Below the pieces are notes generated by a model. It saw nothing but the letters and a program-made list of their open reading frames with translations. It had not been told where the DNA came from and made no database searches. A program made the position numbers and the translations under genes. DNA of 47,698 nucleotides, filler included, from Streblomastix strix (taxonomy: Eukaryota): NCBI GenBank assembly GCA_008636045.1. It is 2 parts of 2 records of this genome, joined end to end, with 100 filler letters (N's around TTAATTAATTAA, not from the genome) between each part and the next. Parts side by side here need not be neighbours in the genome. Positions count along the whole stretch, not along the records: positions 1 to 23,805 come from SNRW01000259.1; positions 23,906 to 47,698 come from SNRW01000260.1. One strand, written 5' to 3'. This document shows, piece after piece, positions 15,601 to 27,227 of the stretch. How positions within the stretch are numbered: position 1 is the stretch's first letter; every line of letters starts with the position of its first letter.

Positions 15601-18600
15601 TAACTCAATATCAAATTCAATCTCAATCTCAACTCAATTATAATTATTTATTTTTATTTATTTATTACTCAATCCTCCATTCCACATCTCCTACATCCAC
15701 ACATCCACACAATCTCAAATTTAATTTCCCAAAGGCGGTCTCTCCTCAGGGGGCATCAAGATCTACGCATGGCCCATCACTGAGACTTTTGCGAGGGACA
15801 CCACAAAACCTGACCAGCCCATAACACCAGTGTTTGATGAGTATGTGGGGCATAATGGGTCTGTTACTAGGACTGCGATATCGTCTGATGGTCTCGTGCT
15901 TCTGTCGACGGGTATGGATTAATGTAGTGTATATATATGATGTATATATTTAAATATTGAATTGTGTTAAATTGAAAAAAATTATTTATTTACAAATATT
16001 TATTTACAAATATATTTATGTGAGTATATTTTATTTTTTATTTATTAAATTTTTTTCTTAGGTGAAGATGGTTCTTTATTTGTCTGGGCTGTACAACCGA
16101 TAGATTTTGGGAAGGTAATTAATTATTTAGAAATAATCATTATATGTATTATATTTGATTAATAATTAATTTTAAATTATTTTTTTATTAAATAGATCCG
16201 ACCAATCAGACTTCCAGAAGCCAACACGTTTTGGGATGCTAATATCATTTCAAAGAGGTTTGTTGATAATAATAATATTTTAAAATTAAAATTTCAATAT
16301 GTAATAATTTTTATTTTCATTTTCATTATTATTTATATTTATATTTGCGTTTCATAATAACTTATCCTTCAGAGAACTTGACGACACCCAGACCAAAATA
16401 ACCTCATTACAGAACAAGATCAAAGAGCTTAATTTCTAAACAGATAATCTTTTGGCCAGAAAGGAGAAATAATTTGCAGAGAAAATTGATTCGGAAAGAT
16501 GAGAATATGAAGCTAAATTATCTTAGAAATAAGCTACTATAAAAGCTCTTGAGATGTAGGTGTGTTTAAATAAATAATAATGAAAATATTTAACATGAAG
16601 TTTTATATTAAAAAAATATATTTATATCGATGTTTTGAATAAACAATGAATTCAGTGTTAACAATATTATTTATTTATTAATTTATTTATTTATTTTTAT
16701 TTTATAGGTCCACGAACACAAATTACGATTTGATGAGAAAGTTACTGAATTAGAAGAGTAACATTTATAGGTTTGTATTATTAAGAGAAAATATTTGATT
16801 TTTTTTTAAAAAAAATCATTCTTTATTTCTATTGAAATTAATTCATTCATTATTTATATATGTTATTTATTCATTCTTTTATAGGCTATGGATGATTTAG
16901 AAAGAGTGTATGAACATGATGTATAAACACGATAAGCAAATATTAAAAGATTATAATAAGAAAAGGAAGATTTATAGGTATTTATTTATATTCAAGAAAA
17001 ATAGTAGAAATAATTATAAAGAGAATTATATTTTGTATCTGTTTTCGTATATAATATTTTCTCTCTCTCTATAATATACTCAATTAATTAATATATAGGT
17101 CAAATATGATGGAATGATAACATAGATGCAAGGTCAATTCAGTTGGAAGGAAGATAAGATCAAATAACATTATTTATCAATTGATGAATAGAACTAAAGA
17201 GCTTTTGAAGGATTGAAAGTATACATTTGAATGAAAATTAAAAAAATATATATTTATTTATTTAATTAACTGTAAAATGAAATTACTATAATTGTACAAT
17301 TAATTTTTATTGAATATAAATGAATTTTCGTTTCTTTTTTTATTTTGCTAATATTTTATTTATTTAGGAAGAGATGCGTCTTTTAGCTGATAAATACGAA
17401 ACTGCACTGAAATAATAGGAGGAAGAGAGTGAGGAAGAATTATAGAAAGTAAAGTGTGCTAATTTGAAGAATAAACTTATTGAAGAAATCAATTAATTTA
17501 ATATTTTAATATTTATTCATATTTATTTATATTTATTTATATTTATTTATATTTATTTATATTTAATTAATATTAATCTATTCAGACTGTCTCATGCAGA
17601 TGAGATAGATAAAGAGAAGCAGAAAGTAAGAGATATGGATGATCAAGTATGAATATATTTATTAATATAACTATTCATTTTAAAGAAATTATTTTTTTTT
17701 TATATTTCAATTTAATTTATATATTATTCATAAATTAATTAACAATATTATTTATTCAAATATATTCATTCACTCCATTAATTAATAATAATATATAGGT
17801 CCTAGCACTCCAAACCCAGCTTCGCCAAGCCATGGATGCAGTTGAACCTCTCAGATAGGAGAAATCTGAATTAGAGAGGAAACTACTCGAAACCAAAGCG
17901 ACCGTTGAACAACTGAGATCAGATGTAAGAAATCATTCAATCAGGATGGCTGAACATGAAGATACGATTACTGATAAGGAGACTATGATACTAAGATTGA
18001 AAAAGGAGAATCAAGAGTTGGATAAATTCAAATTTGTTTTGGATTTTAAAATAAAAGAATTAGAAAAGACTATTGAGCCGAAAAATGAGTAAATTGCAGC
18101 TCTGGAAGAACAGATATAGGATATGGATGCTGAGTTAGAGAGAGAACATAGGTATTGTATTTAATATATATAAATATAATGAATATAAAATATATATTAA
18201 TTATTGATTAATAAATTATAAATAATAAATATTAAACTGATCATATTATTAATTCTTATTGTTATATATTTTGTTATATATAGACGAAGTACCAATACTT
18301 AATTAGAATTGAAAGAGAAGGAAATGAGAGCAAATTCATTGAGAGAAGAGAACAAGGTTTGAATAAATAAATAATTAAATAAATAATAATTTAATATAAT
18401 AAAATATAATAAAGTTTAATTAAATTTAATTTTTCTATTTATAATTAATTAGGTATTAAAAACCAAAGGAATGAGATAAGGGAGATATATTGAGACATTC
18501 TAACATGATCTGTACGAAATTATATAATAAGAACCAAAAGTATGGAATTGAAATTATAAGTTAATTAAATTAATTTTAATTATATTTTTCATTAATTTAA

Positions 18601-20942
18601 ATTAATTTTTTATATTAATATTATTATTATATTGTTCATTTTCAAACTAGGTTTGGAAAGATAAGATGAAAGGTCTTTATCTCAAATTTGTGAATGCAGA
18701 TGATGAAATAGTATGAAAAATTTAAATATATAAAATAAATAATAAGAAATAAATAAATTTATTTCTATAAATCCAATATATTTATTAATGTTTATTAATA
18801 TTAATTATATATCCGAACAGGCCACCAACGAAGGCGACGAGCAGAAATCCCAAGAATTTCAGCGCCAACGCGAATTCCTCGAGAGATCCGTGACCACACT
18901 CAAATCCTCTCTAGAAAGACATAGGAATTAAGGTAAAGGTGAAGTCAGATAAAAATTAGATGAGAATATTCAGTTAATTGAGGAGATCAATGACCTAAGA
19001 AAGGAGAAACGTGGGTTGATGAATACAATAACAGAACTTAGAAAGGATATTTTGACTTTGAAAACAGCAACTGCTCGTGGATTGGACACTGGGAAAACTT
19101 TAGCTCATATGGGATAGACCTCAGCATTAGGGATGACTTTTGAAACTGAATAATCAAAAAAGGATAAAGATAAAGAAAGAGAGAAAGAGAAAGAAATAGA
19201 ATTGAATAAAAGCTAATCAATTGCAGCACGTGCATTATCAGCATATGAAAAGGAAAGAGAAAGAGAACTAAAAGAATAGGAGAAATTAAAAACATCATCT
19301 GCTTTAAAAGGACACTTATATTTAGGCACCACTAAAGAAGCATAAGATGTAATGGAATCTAAATCTAAAGTATCGCATCTACTAACTCTGCTTGAAATCA
19401 ACACACACGAGATGCAGAATCAATAAGAGGAGTTGAATGTGCTTCGAGCTTTTGTTGAGGATGTAGTATAAAGATCATCATCATCATAAGGATCGTAAGG
19501 TGGTTAATCATAATCTCAGAATTAGACAATGAATAGCACCACTAATGATCAGTTTCAATTAACAGGTGCGAATGACACAAATTAATTATCGCAGTTGTCA
19601 GCTGCTGCAAAAGAGATTTTGAAACCGAGAGATTATTCATCATCAAGTTCTTCTTAGCCTTATTATTCTACTTCGCAATCTTCTAATTATTAGAATTAAC
19701 CAGCTTCACATATAAGACCAATGGGGTCTTCTCCTACTTCAAATTTTACTTAAGGTAATGTAATTTTTTTTATTGTTTATGTTGTATTTTAAATTTTTTT
19801 AATTAATATACATTTACACTATTAATCTTATTATTTTCTTATTCATAATTTAGGATCATAATAAGTTCCAGTTTAATCATCAATATCATCTCTTTCTGGC
19901 CAAAAGAAATATGGAGGAAGAGCTGGAGGAGGTATTAAGATAATAATAATGTAAATAATATTGAGAATATTTAATTTAAAATTTATTAAAAAATATTTTA
20001 TTTTTTATAAATCAGTTTTATTATTATTATTATTTTATAATTCATTTACTTATATATTATTTAACTATAGTTCAATCAGCAACTGGTGCTGCTGGTTCTG
20101 GTTAGTTATAGAAAGGAAGACCACCACTAATATAAGGAGGTTAATATATATAAATAATAATTTTAATATTAAGCAAAAAATATATAATAACATTAAAAAT
20201 CATTAAGAATTAACTATTTCATTTATAACAAATATTATTTATTTATTTTTTTGTTTATCCCCCCCCCCCACCACCCTCCAATTAAAATTCCTTATCAGAT
20301 CTATCAACAAATTCCACAAATAATTTAGCTTCTTCTCCTATTTAATAATAATAACAACAATAAAAATAATAAAGAGGAAGCACTCCTACTAATGGATAGA
20401 GAGCTGGTATGATAATTGATTATTAATTATTTAATTAGGCAAATTAAATTAAATTAAGTTCAATTAGTAACTCTATTAATATAAAATAAGTAAATAAATA
20501 TATAAATCAATATAATATATAAACTTTGTTATGTCATATTTATTTATTTATTTATTTATTTTTCAATAAATCAGGCAATCGACAAAACACACCTCCACCT
20601 AGACTTCCATCTTTAAATGGAACAACAGGATCATCAAATGGAAAGTATAATTAATTAATTAATTAATAATTATAAGTAATAAATAATTAAAATAATATTT
20701 ATATCTCTGTTTTTATTTTCGTTAATATATTCATTTTCATTTATATTATTAATATTAATATTAATAGTACCCAATCACTGTTCAATCCAGGGTCATTAGC
20801 ACCTCCACTTTCTGAGATCCAAAAAGAAAAGGAGAAATAAAATGGAAATGGATCATTAAAGAAGAAATTGTCAGTTGAGGAAGAAATGAAGAGGTAAGAA
20901 GAAGAGGATGAAGCTAAATTGGATATGGAGGATGGAATGTGA
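12640..20942 (+). CDS. CFAP57: Cilia- and flagella-associated protein 57 (WDR65): WD40 repeats + coiled coil + S/Q-rich tail
   Basis: HVFGISKTLSDNLF..IVYPVG; FHFGAITGLSIAQRKPIAATCGVDQWVRIWNF; SISLHPSGFH; FSRGGHLFACA; MRGHIGPVRSI; and the diagnostic coiled-coil segment [44 protein letters not shown]. More than 20 GT-AG introns. TGA at 20940-20942. Confidence 0.93.
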
Positions 20943-21220
20943 GTAATTAATGTAGATGTTGAAGTAAAATGGTTGTGAATGTGATATAAATATGAAATAT
21001 TAGATGATTTTAGTGTTAATGGGAATGTAATTCAATTCAATTTATTTTTTTTTTAAAAAAAATTCATAATTTATTTTTATTTTTGAGTTAAATTTATATT
21101 TTTTCATTTCAATCTTCCGTTTAATTAATAAAAAATACATAAAATTAATATTTTCTTCAATGATTTAATTGATTTTTATTATTTATTTATTAATTTATTA
21201 CTGGTTTATTACAAATAAAT

Positions 21221-23325
21221 AGTGTTTATACTATAAATTCAATATACGTAGAGTTTTTGATATAGTCAACAGGTTGTTGAGTGAAAACGATTTTCAACTT
21301 TCAGTATACAGATATTTTACCTCTCTTAAAAATCAGATACAAAATATTTATTTATTTTTTTATAATTTTTATTATTATTTTAACTTTGAAATTATAAATT
21401 AATTCACTAGATAATATTTTAATGTGTTTATGAATAAAAATATCGAGAACTATGTCTATTAGCCCAAATTTGGATCTTTATTCAGACGAATAATCAGTTT
21501 GTGTAGAGTATTTTTCTGAACCTGAATTTGACAAATGTCTTGTTCAAGACGAAATTATCAAGTTTGCTGCCTTCTGCGTAGCCAAAGTTGTTACAAGAGG
21601 AAATGATGCTTTTTAGAACACATTTGATTTAATCGAGTTATTCTTCAGTCGAATACGTACATATACAGGTTCGCAATTAACTAATTAATTATTTTATTTT
21701 TTTCATTAATTTTATTATTGCTGCTACTATACAGGCTTGTGTTCGACCGAACTTCTGCAGGCACTTGCATTTGTTGATATAATTTCAAAAAGCAATAAGG
21801 AACTTTTGCCTTTTGTGCTCACGAAATTGAACGTTTATCTTGTACTATTAGTTTGTTTAATGATTGCTCATAAATCTAACAGTATGATCACATTATCTTA
21901 AATTAATCAAGATTTAATATTATATTTAAATATTATATATGTATTTATTGTACAGGTGACGTTCCTTTATCTAATTTTAAATGGGCAAATTTATTTGGAG
22001 TAAATCTTTCGTTACTCAATGAATCAGAAATTGTTGTTTTGAAGCTATTGAAGTATGCAAATGAATTAATTTATAATAACATATATATTTAATATTTATA
22101 TTTAATAATTAATAATTATCATAGTTTCAACACAAACATTCCAGAACATGTTTTCCAAATGTACAAAGAATCTATTTAATTGATGTGCCCAATTGCATCT
22201 GAATCAAAAAGAATGTAAATATAGAATGATTCAAATATCACTATTAATCTTATTGATTGTTGATTATATTAAATTTAATTGATAATTATTAGATATTAGT
22301 AATATAATTTTCTTTTGGAAATTTTCTTAATGTTTTGAATGTATTAAAATTAATTTATTCACAATTTTATTTTACTGATTTGTAGAATTCATTATTATCA
22401 GCATATTTGCTGCATTTTTACATATAAAGAGATTTTAATCTCTTTTTAATGTACAATCAAATCTTAATGTAATCTTTTTATTATTTTTTCACTTAAATTT
22501 TGCATTAAATAGAAAATTTTAATTTTTTTCTTATTTTTACTTGATATTAACACATTTTGAGATTTATGTTGATTTCTTGCTTTTATTTGAATTATTCTTA
22601 ACGATGAGAATATTTGTTTTAATTTATATATCTAAGTATAATTCCACTTTTCCATTATATTACTAATTAAAACATACCACTAATTTCAATTGAATTAGAT
22701 GAGTCTAAGATAAATTTACTTCTTTAATAGTATAACATTTATTTTACTACTTTCTATTCATTTTATAATAGTTTTTAATAAAAATACTTCTAAAAACAAT
22801 TAATAACAAAAGTTTATTATAGAATTTGTAATTTTCATATCTTTTCCAAAAGTATTTGAACGAATCATATAGTGAAAAACACAATTTTAATATTACCAAT
22901 ATATATTATTGAATTATTGTAATTTTTTACGTAATGTCTTCAAAGTTTTTAAAGCCAAAATATTCGATCGCAATTTACGCGCGCTCTAGTAATTATTATT
23001 TGCTTTAGATGATAATATTTACTTTCTCAAATTGTGCGAAGAGAATAGTCATAATTAAAATATCAAATTTCATCTAAATCGTGCCAATTTACTTTGCAAA
23101 AAATTTTCTTTTTCGAAAATATCCTAAGCCTTTAAAAATATTTTGATCTCTCTTTCTGTAACTCATATAGTATTTTTATTTTTGTCTTTACTAATTTATA
23201 ATATAGAACAAGTTAGTATCTAATTTCTAGCGCCTATCTTTTTTTTTTTTTTCGACATTCTGTTAATTTTTCCGAGTATCTTTATTATTTATACATTATT
23301 ATTTTCAGAAACCCAACATATGTCT
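21221..23325 (+). repeat. Inverted segmental duplication, copy 2 (partner 10528-12638)
   Basis: Reverse-complement match to copy 1, including the GC-rich island cgatcgcaattt(a/g)cgcgcgctctag (22964-22990 vs 10866-10891). Confidence 0.92.
21452..22263 (+). CDS. PHO80/cyclin-P/U-like cyclin, copy 2
   Basis: MSISPNLDLYSDEQSV...QDEIIKFAAFCVAKV...FFSRIRTYTG|LCSTELLQALAFVD...LMIAHKSN|DVPLSNFKWANLFG... Same introns as copy 1. TGA at 22261-22263. Confidence 0.8.
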
Positions 23326-23757
23326 TCACATCAATACAAAGACTGTATGCAATTACCATTTTAGAAGCATTTGCATATTGTTCCATTTTATTTCCCAGTT
23401 AAAATTGAAAAGAAATTATTAGGTGGAGCAATGGGAAAGACTTTCTTAGTTCAACTTCTTACAACTGGAATATTCTACGTCATGAAATACTTGGACTATA
23501 TTGACGATGATGACAAAGCAGTTGCTGACTCGGAAATATCTCAGATGCTGAAATTGGCTTCAAAATTCACTGTATGAATTTTTCCTAAGATTTTTATTTA
23601 TTATTATTTCTTGAATTTTATTAATTTATAGGTTGTTCTTGTCGAGACCATCATTTATGGAGCACAAATATGTTTGATTATGGAATATTACAAAGGAGGT
23701 GACCTGAGAAATACGATTACTGATCTTCAGAAGATGCCTGAAAAAGATCGATCAATT
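23320..23757 (+). CDS. Ser/Thr protein kinase N-lobe, NEK-like (3'-truncated by the gap)
   Basis: MSSHQYKD|..KIEKKLLGGAMGKTFLV (Gly-loop), YVMK (VAIK Lys), ADSEISQM (alphaC Glu), ICLIMEYYKGGDL (hinge). The sequence ends in an intron at the N run. Confidence 0.85.
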
Positions 23758-23805
23758 GTTTGTTATAATTTTTATATATTATTAATAATTTATATTTAAT
23801 ATAAA

Positions 23806-23905
23806 NNNNNNNNNNNNNNNNNNNNNNNNNNNNNNNNNNNNNNNNNNNNTTAATTAATTAANNNNNNNNNNNNNNNNNNNNNNNNNNNNNNNNNNNNNNN
23901 NNNNN
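23806..23905. other. Artificial contig/scaffold linker: 44 N + TTAATTAATTAA + 44 N
   Basis: Exactly 100 nt and symmetric. The central 12-mer is palindromic and supplies TAA stops, typical of a contig-concatenation spacer. Confidence 0.95.
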
Positions 23906-24022
23906 ATGGCCGACCCCATAGACCAGTAGAGGATCCGGGGGCAACGGTCCAAGTGGCAATGTCTCATAATAAAAGAGGAAGAATGAGGCCCCAAATGGTG
24001 ATATACATACATTATCACCGCA
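23906..24022 (-). mobile_element. Terminal fragment of a second, divergent DIRS-like element (resembles the reverse complement of a left terminus)
   Basis: atggccgaccccatag...tggcaat..ctca.aataaa...tacattatcaccGCAAggtggtgat aligns with the reverse complement of 27093-27227. It abuts host sequence whose empty paralogous site is at ~46184 (ttttta|atgttactttatctttgatg). Confidence 0.7.
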
Positions 24023-24908
24023 AGGTGGTGATGTTACTTTATCTTTGATGTAATTTCCTACTTCCACACAATACCAGAAGAAAAAAAAAGTTGCAAGTGT
24101 TGGACTACAGAAGAAGTTTTTCTTATCAAAGTTTCAATTAATTATTTTTTTGTAAATATAAATAAATGAAGAATCAGAAATTAGTATTACCAAAAAATCA
24201 TTAAAATGAATATGTAAAATTAAAGCAGCATAATAATTCAAGTAAAGATATTTTTCATAAGCTTAATTGAATGAAATGCCTGATTTTTCACTCGCAAATA
24301 ATTAAAAAAACAAGTTATAATATCTCTTTTGAATACAAGATTGTTAGAGATAAATCAGAATTAATACCAAAATATAATACAAAAAGCATAATAATGGTTT
24401 ATTTTCACTCTATAACACAATAGAAAAAATTGAATCGAAAAACCGCTTATTTCTATCAAAGAAAGATTGCCAAATATCTATAATATTTCAAAAGTGCAAT
24501 ATGGTATATTATTTTTTATTTTTTTTATTTGCAGACCAATTTTTTTGTTCACTAATCCACTGTATTTTTTTAATCTCCGAAAGTATTTCAACTCTATTTA
24601 TTCGGTTGTTTTCCTACATATCATCGTTTAGTACTCATAAATCAAATTAAATATTGATTTCTTTATCCATAAATTGACTATAACTATCATAGTACTCACG
24701 TCAACAAGCTTTAAACAGTCATTCAAACTTTTTAAATAACCAAACGCTTCTATAAAACATACAAACGCCTACTTTATAATATAATTAATCTGAATTATTT
24801 CATTTCATATTATTTTCAAACAATATATTGGTTATTTTCATATATTTATTCTATTATTATCAAATTTCCTATTTAATATTATATTTTTATATTAAAAAAT
24901 CAGATAAA
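24021..24908 (+). repeat. Upstream region of the tandem-array unit, duplicated at 46184-47067
   Basis: Colinear high similarity (atgttactttatctttgatgtaatttcctacttccacacaat... to ...aatcaga.taaATG). Confidence 0.9.
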
Positions 24909-25583
24909 ATGCAAACTGAGTAACAAATCCAAGATGTTGCAAGTCTCATAATTTAGTTTAATGATTCATACGCATAAAACAAGCAAGGAAAACAAAAGGA
25001 ATAACCAGAATCAGAATCAAATCCATAACTTACAGATATTGTCTCTACTCTTCTATCACTTTAACATCAAATCGAAGTTAACAGGTCATGTTATTAAGTA
25101 ATTCAGATTCCGAAGATTCTACAATCACTCTCAGCACTTGTCACTTTTAGACTTGGCACTTATATTGACTTAGATGTAGATCGACAGAGCTTAGAAGTGA
25201 GAAGTTGGAATAGATGGTGTTTTAACTAGATTCAAAGGTTTGGAGATGAATAAGACCAATAAGAACTTGTTAATAATGAATATGGAAGAGTGATGTCCCT
25301 TTCTTTATGCACAGCTGGAGGCGCTGGTGAAGAACAAGACGAGGAGATCAGAAATGGATTATATTACATCTACGATTTCCTCAGATAACTACATGAAGGG
25401 AGAAATGATTAACCATCCTTCCAACATCTTCCATTACTTGCTGGAGTTTCGTTGGAACAAATGAAAGAAGAAGGAGCAATTGAAGAATTAGAAGCGTAAA
25501 TGATAAATAGTGGATATGATGGTGAAATCTTGGATTATGCAAACGATGTTAAAGCTGCGACACTGAACCGCTTCATTAACTGA
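24909..25583 (+). CDS. Tandem-family hypothetical protein, copy 1 (224 aa, intronless CDS)
   Basis: MQTEQQIQDVASLII...IPKILQSLSALVTFRLGT...GDEQDQQELVNNEYGRVMSLSLCTAGGAGEEQDEEIRNGL..FLRQLHEGRN..PSFQHLPLLA..EEGAIEELEAQ..ATLNRFIN-TGA. No internal TGA. Confidence 0.85.
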
Positions 25584-27092
25584 GAATGAATATGACCAGT
25601 TTTGCATGTTCAGTTATTTCTATTTTTTATATTTGAACAGTTATTCATTTCATTATAATTAATAGTATCTGTTTATTGAGTTACTTAATTTTATTTTAAA
25701 TATACTGTTATAATAATCAAATGATTATGAAAGATTATAAAATTCTTACATTCAACTACTATTATCGAATTCTTCAGTTTTATCTTCAGCATTTGATTTG
25801 GAGTTCAGATATTTATACATGCTTATAAAAGCTCAAATCTATAATTGAACATCATTAGTTTATGACTATATCATTATATATTGAAGGAATAAGATTATAA
25901 TTTAAATTTGAAATATTTTCTAGTATTTAATGATTTTGATTATTTATTATATAATTTATATTGATCTGATAAATGTTGTTATTCTTGAATAATTTTTTAA
26001 ATTAAATATTTAATATTCTCATTATAACTTTGTGAATTGTTATTGTCATTCAATATTACTTATTAATAATTATATTACAGTGCATAATAGATTTTGAATT
26101 TTTTTAAGTTTCTATTTCATGTTATTATTCATCATTTATCTCTGTTAAAATCAGATCAAATGCTTCATTCGTTCCAATTTCTTTCTTTGAATTAATCTAA
26201 ACTACAATGTAAAATAATACGAATCAAATTATAAATATATAATTCTAATGCATGATCTCATATCTAATATGTTTAATGCATGTAATGAAGATGTGTTTGT
26301 TTATTGATTGAATTTCAATCTGTCTCTCTTTTCAGATTCAGATCATCTAGATGGATCAATTGGTAGTGTTATTAGTGGTTGGAGTGTGATATCAAATAGT
26401 CGAGAGCTGTTTAATTTATTATTATTTGAATTTTTGTCTTTACAACTATTATCTTTAATTCATTTCTTATCTCATTTCTCCAATTTTGACTCAAACTGAT
26501 TTAATCCTCAAATATGAAAACATCATGGTTTGTTTGTAGATCCACTAAGTGTTGATGATGTGCATTGTATCAGTGGTGAGCATTATTGAAGTATAATCCA
26601 TGAAGAGTAAATTTCTATATGTTGATGAATCATAAAAGAGATTTAATAGTATTGAATATAGCTTTAATGAAAAAGAGGAAGTAAAATGAGTTTTATTTAA
26701 TTATTATGATGTTATAAATGCAGATGAGCTCAAATAAAGAACAGTGAATCCAACTCATAGTGATTAGTCTGGCAGTTACAAAGAATTTATAGAAATAATT
26801 AGATGAGATAAAAATCTGTTTAAAAATTTAACTGGTATTTCACAGAAAAATTTTAATATTGATTAATTTTGTTTACGATGATAATGAAGGAATAATTGCT
26901 AATTATTATTAAAATTTAATTCCTGAATTAAAAGGTTGTTTAATTTAAATTGGAAAATATTTTTCAGTCTAAGATTTATTTTCTGGTTTTATTTCAACAT
27001 CTACAATTTATTTTTGCTTCTTATAAAAATAAATATAAATAAAATGTTAAGTAATATTTTTAAATTATAAAAATTAAAGTAAATTTAAAAAT
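25584..27092 (+). repeat. Downstream spacer of array unit A, homologous to 36053-36904 plus 38110-38757
   Basis: Shared blocks such as gttttgcatgtt, ttcagatcatcta..atcaattggtagtgttattagtggttggagtgtg, gtagatccacta.gtgttgatgatgtgcatt and gatttattttctggttttatttcaacat. Confidence 0.88.
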
Positions 27093-27227
27093 AATCATCT
27101 CCTTACGGAGATTATTGTAGTCCATCTCCGTCGGAGACTCTTGCATCACCCCTTTATTTTGAGATTGCCAAATGGGCCGCTGAAACTGGGTGCTCCGTTG
27201 AGCTGCCCATCCCTATGGGTCGGCCAT
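27093..27227 (+). repeat. Left inverted terminal repeat of the DIRS element
   Basis: aatcatctccttacggagattattgtagtccatctccgtcggagactcttgcatcacccctttattttgagattgccaaatgggccgctg...ccctatgggtcggccat. About 23 nt longer at its outer end than the right terminus. Confidence 0.93.

Noticed and set aside
14432..17565. Short intronic repeats (duplicated ~40-nt block at 14432-14521; ATTTATTTAT x4 at 17521-17560)
   Set aside because: Simple AT-rich slippage repeats without spacers; not CRISPR-like or otherwise structured.
10528..23325. Inverted repeats as terminal repeats of a giant DNA transposon carrying CFAP57
   Set aside because: The repeats contain an intron-bearing cyclin gene and end at host start codons. 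No transposase or target-site duplication was seen.
24693..24703. TCACGTCA (CRE-like) motif upstream of tandem copies 1-3 (also ~35189 and ~39274)
   Set aside because: It is absent at the equivalent position of copy 4, and copies 2 and 3 are not independent. Too weak to call.
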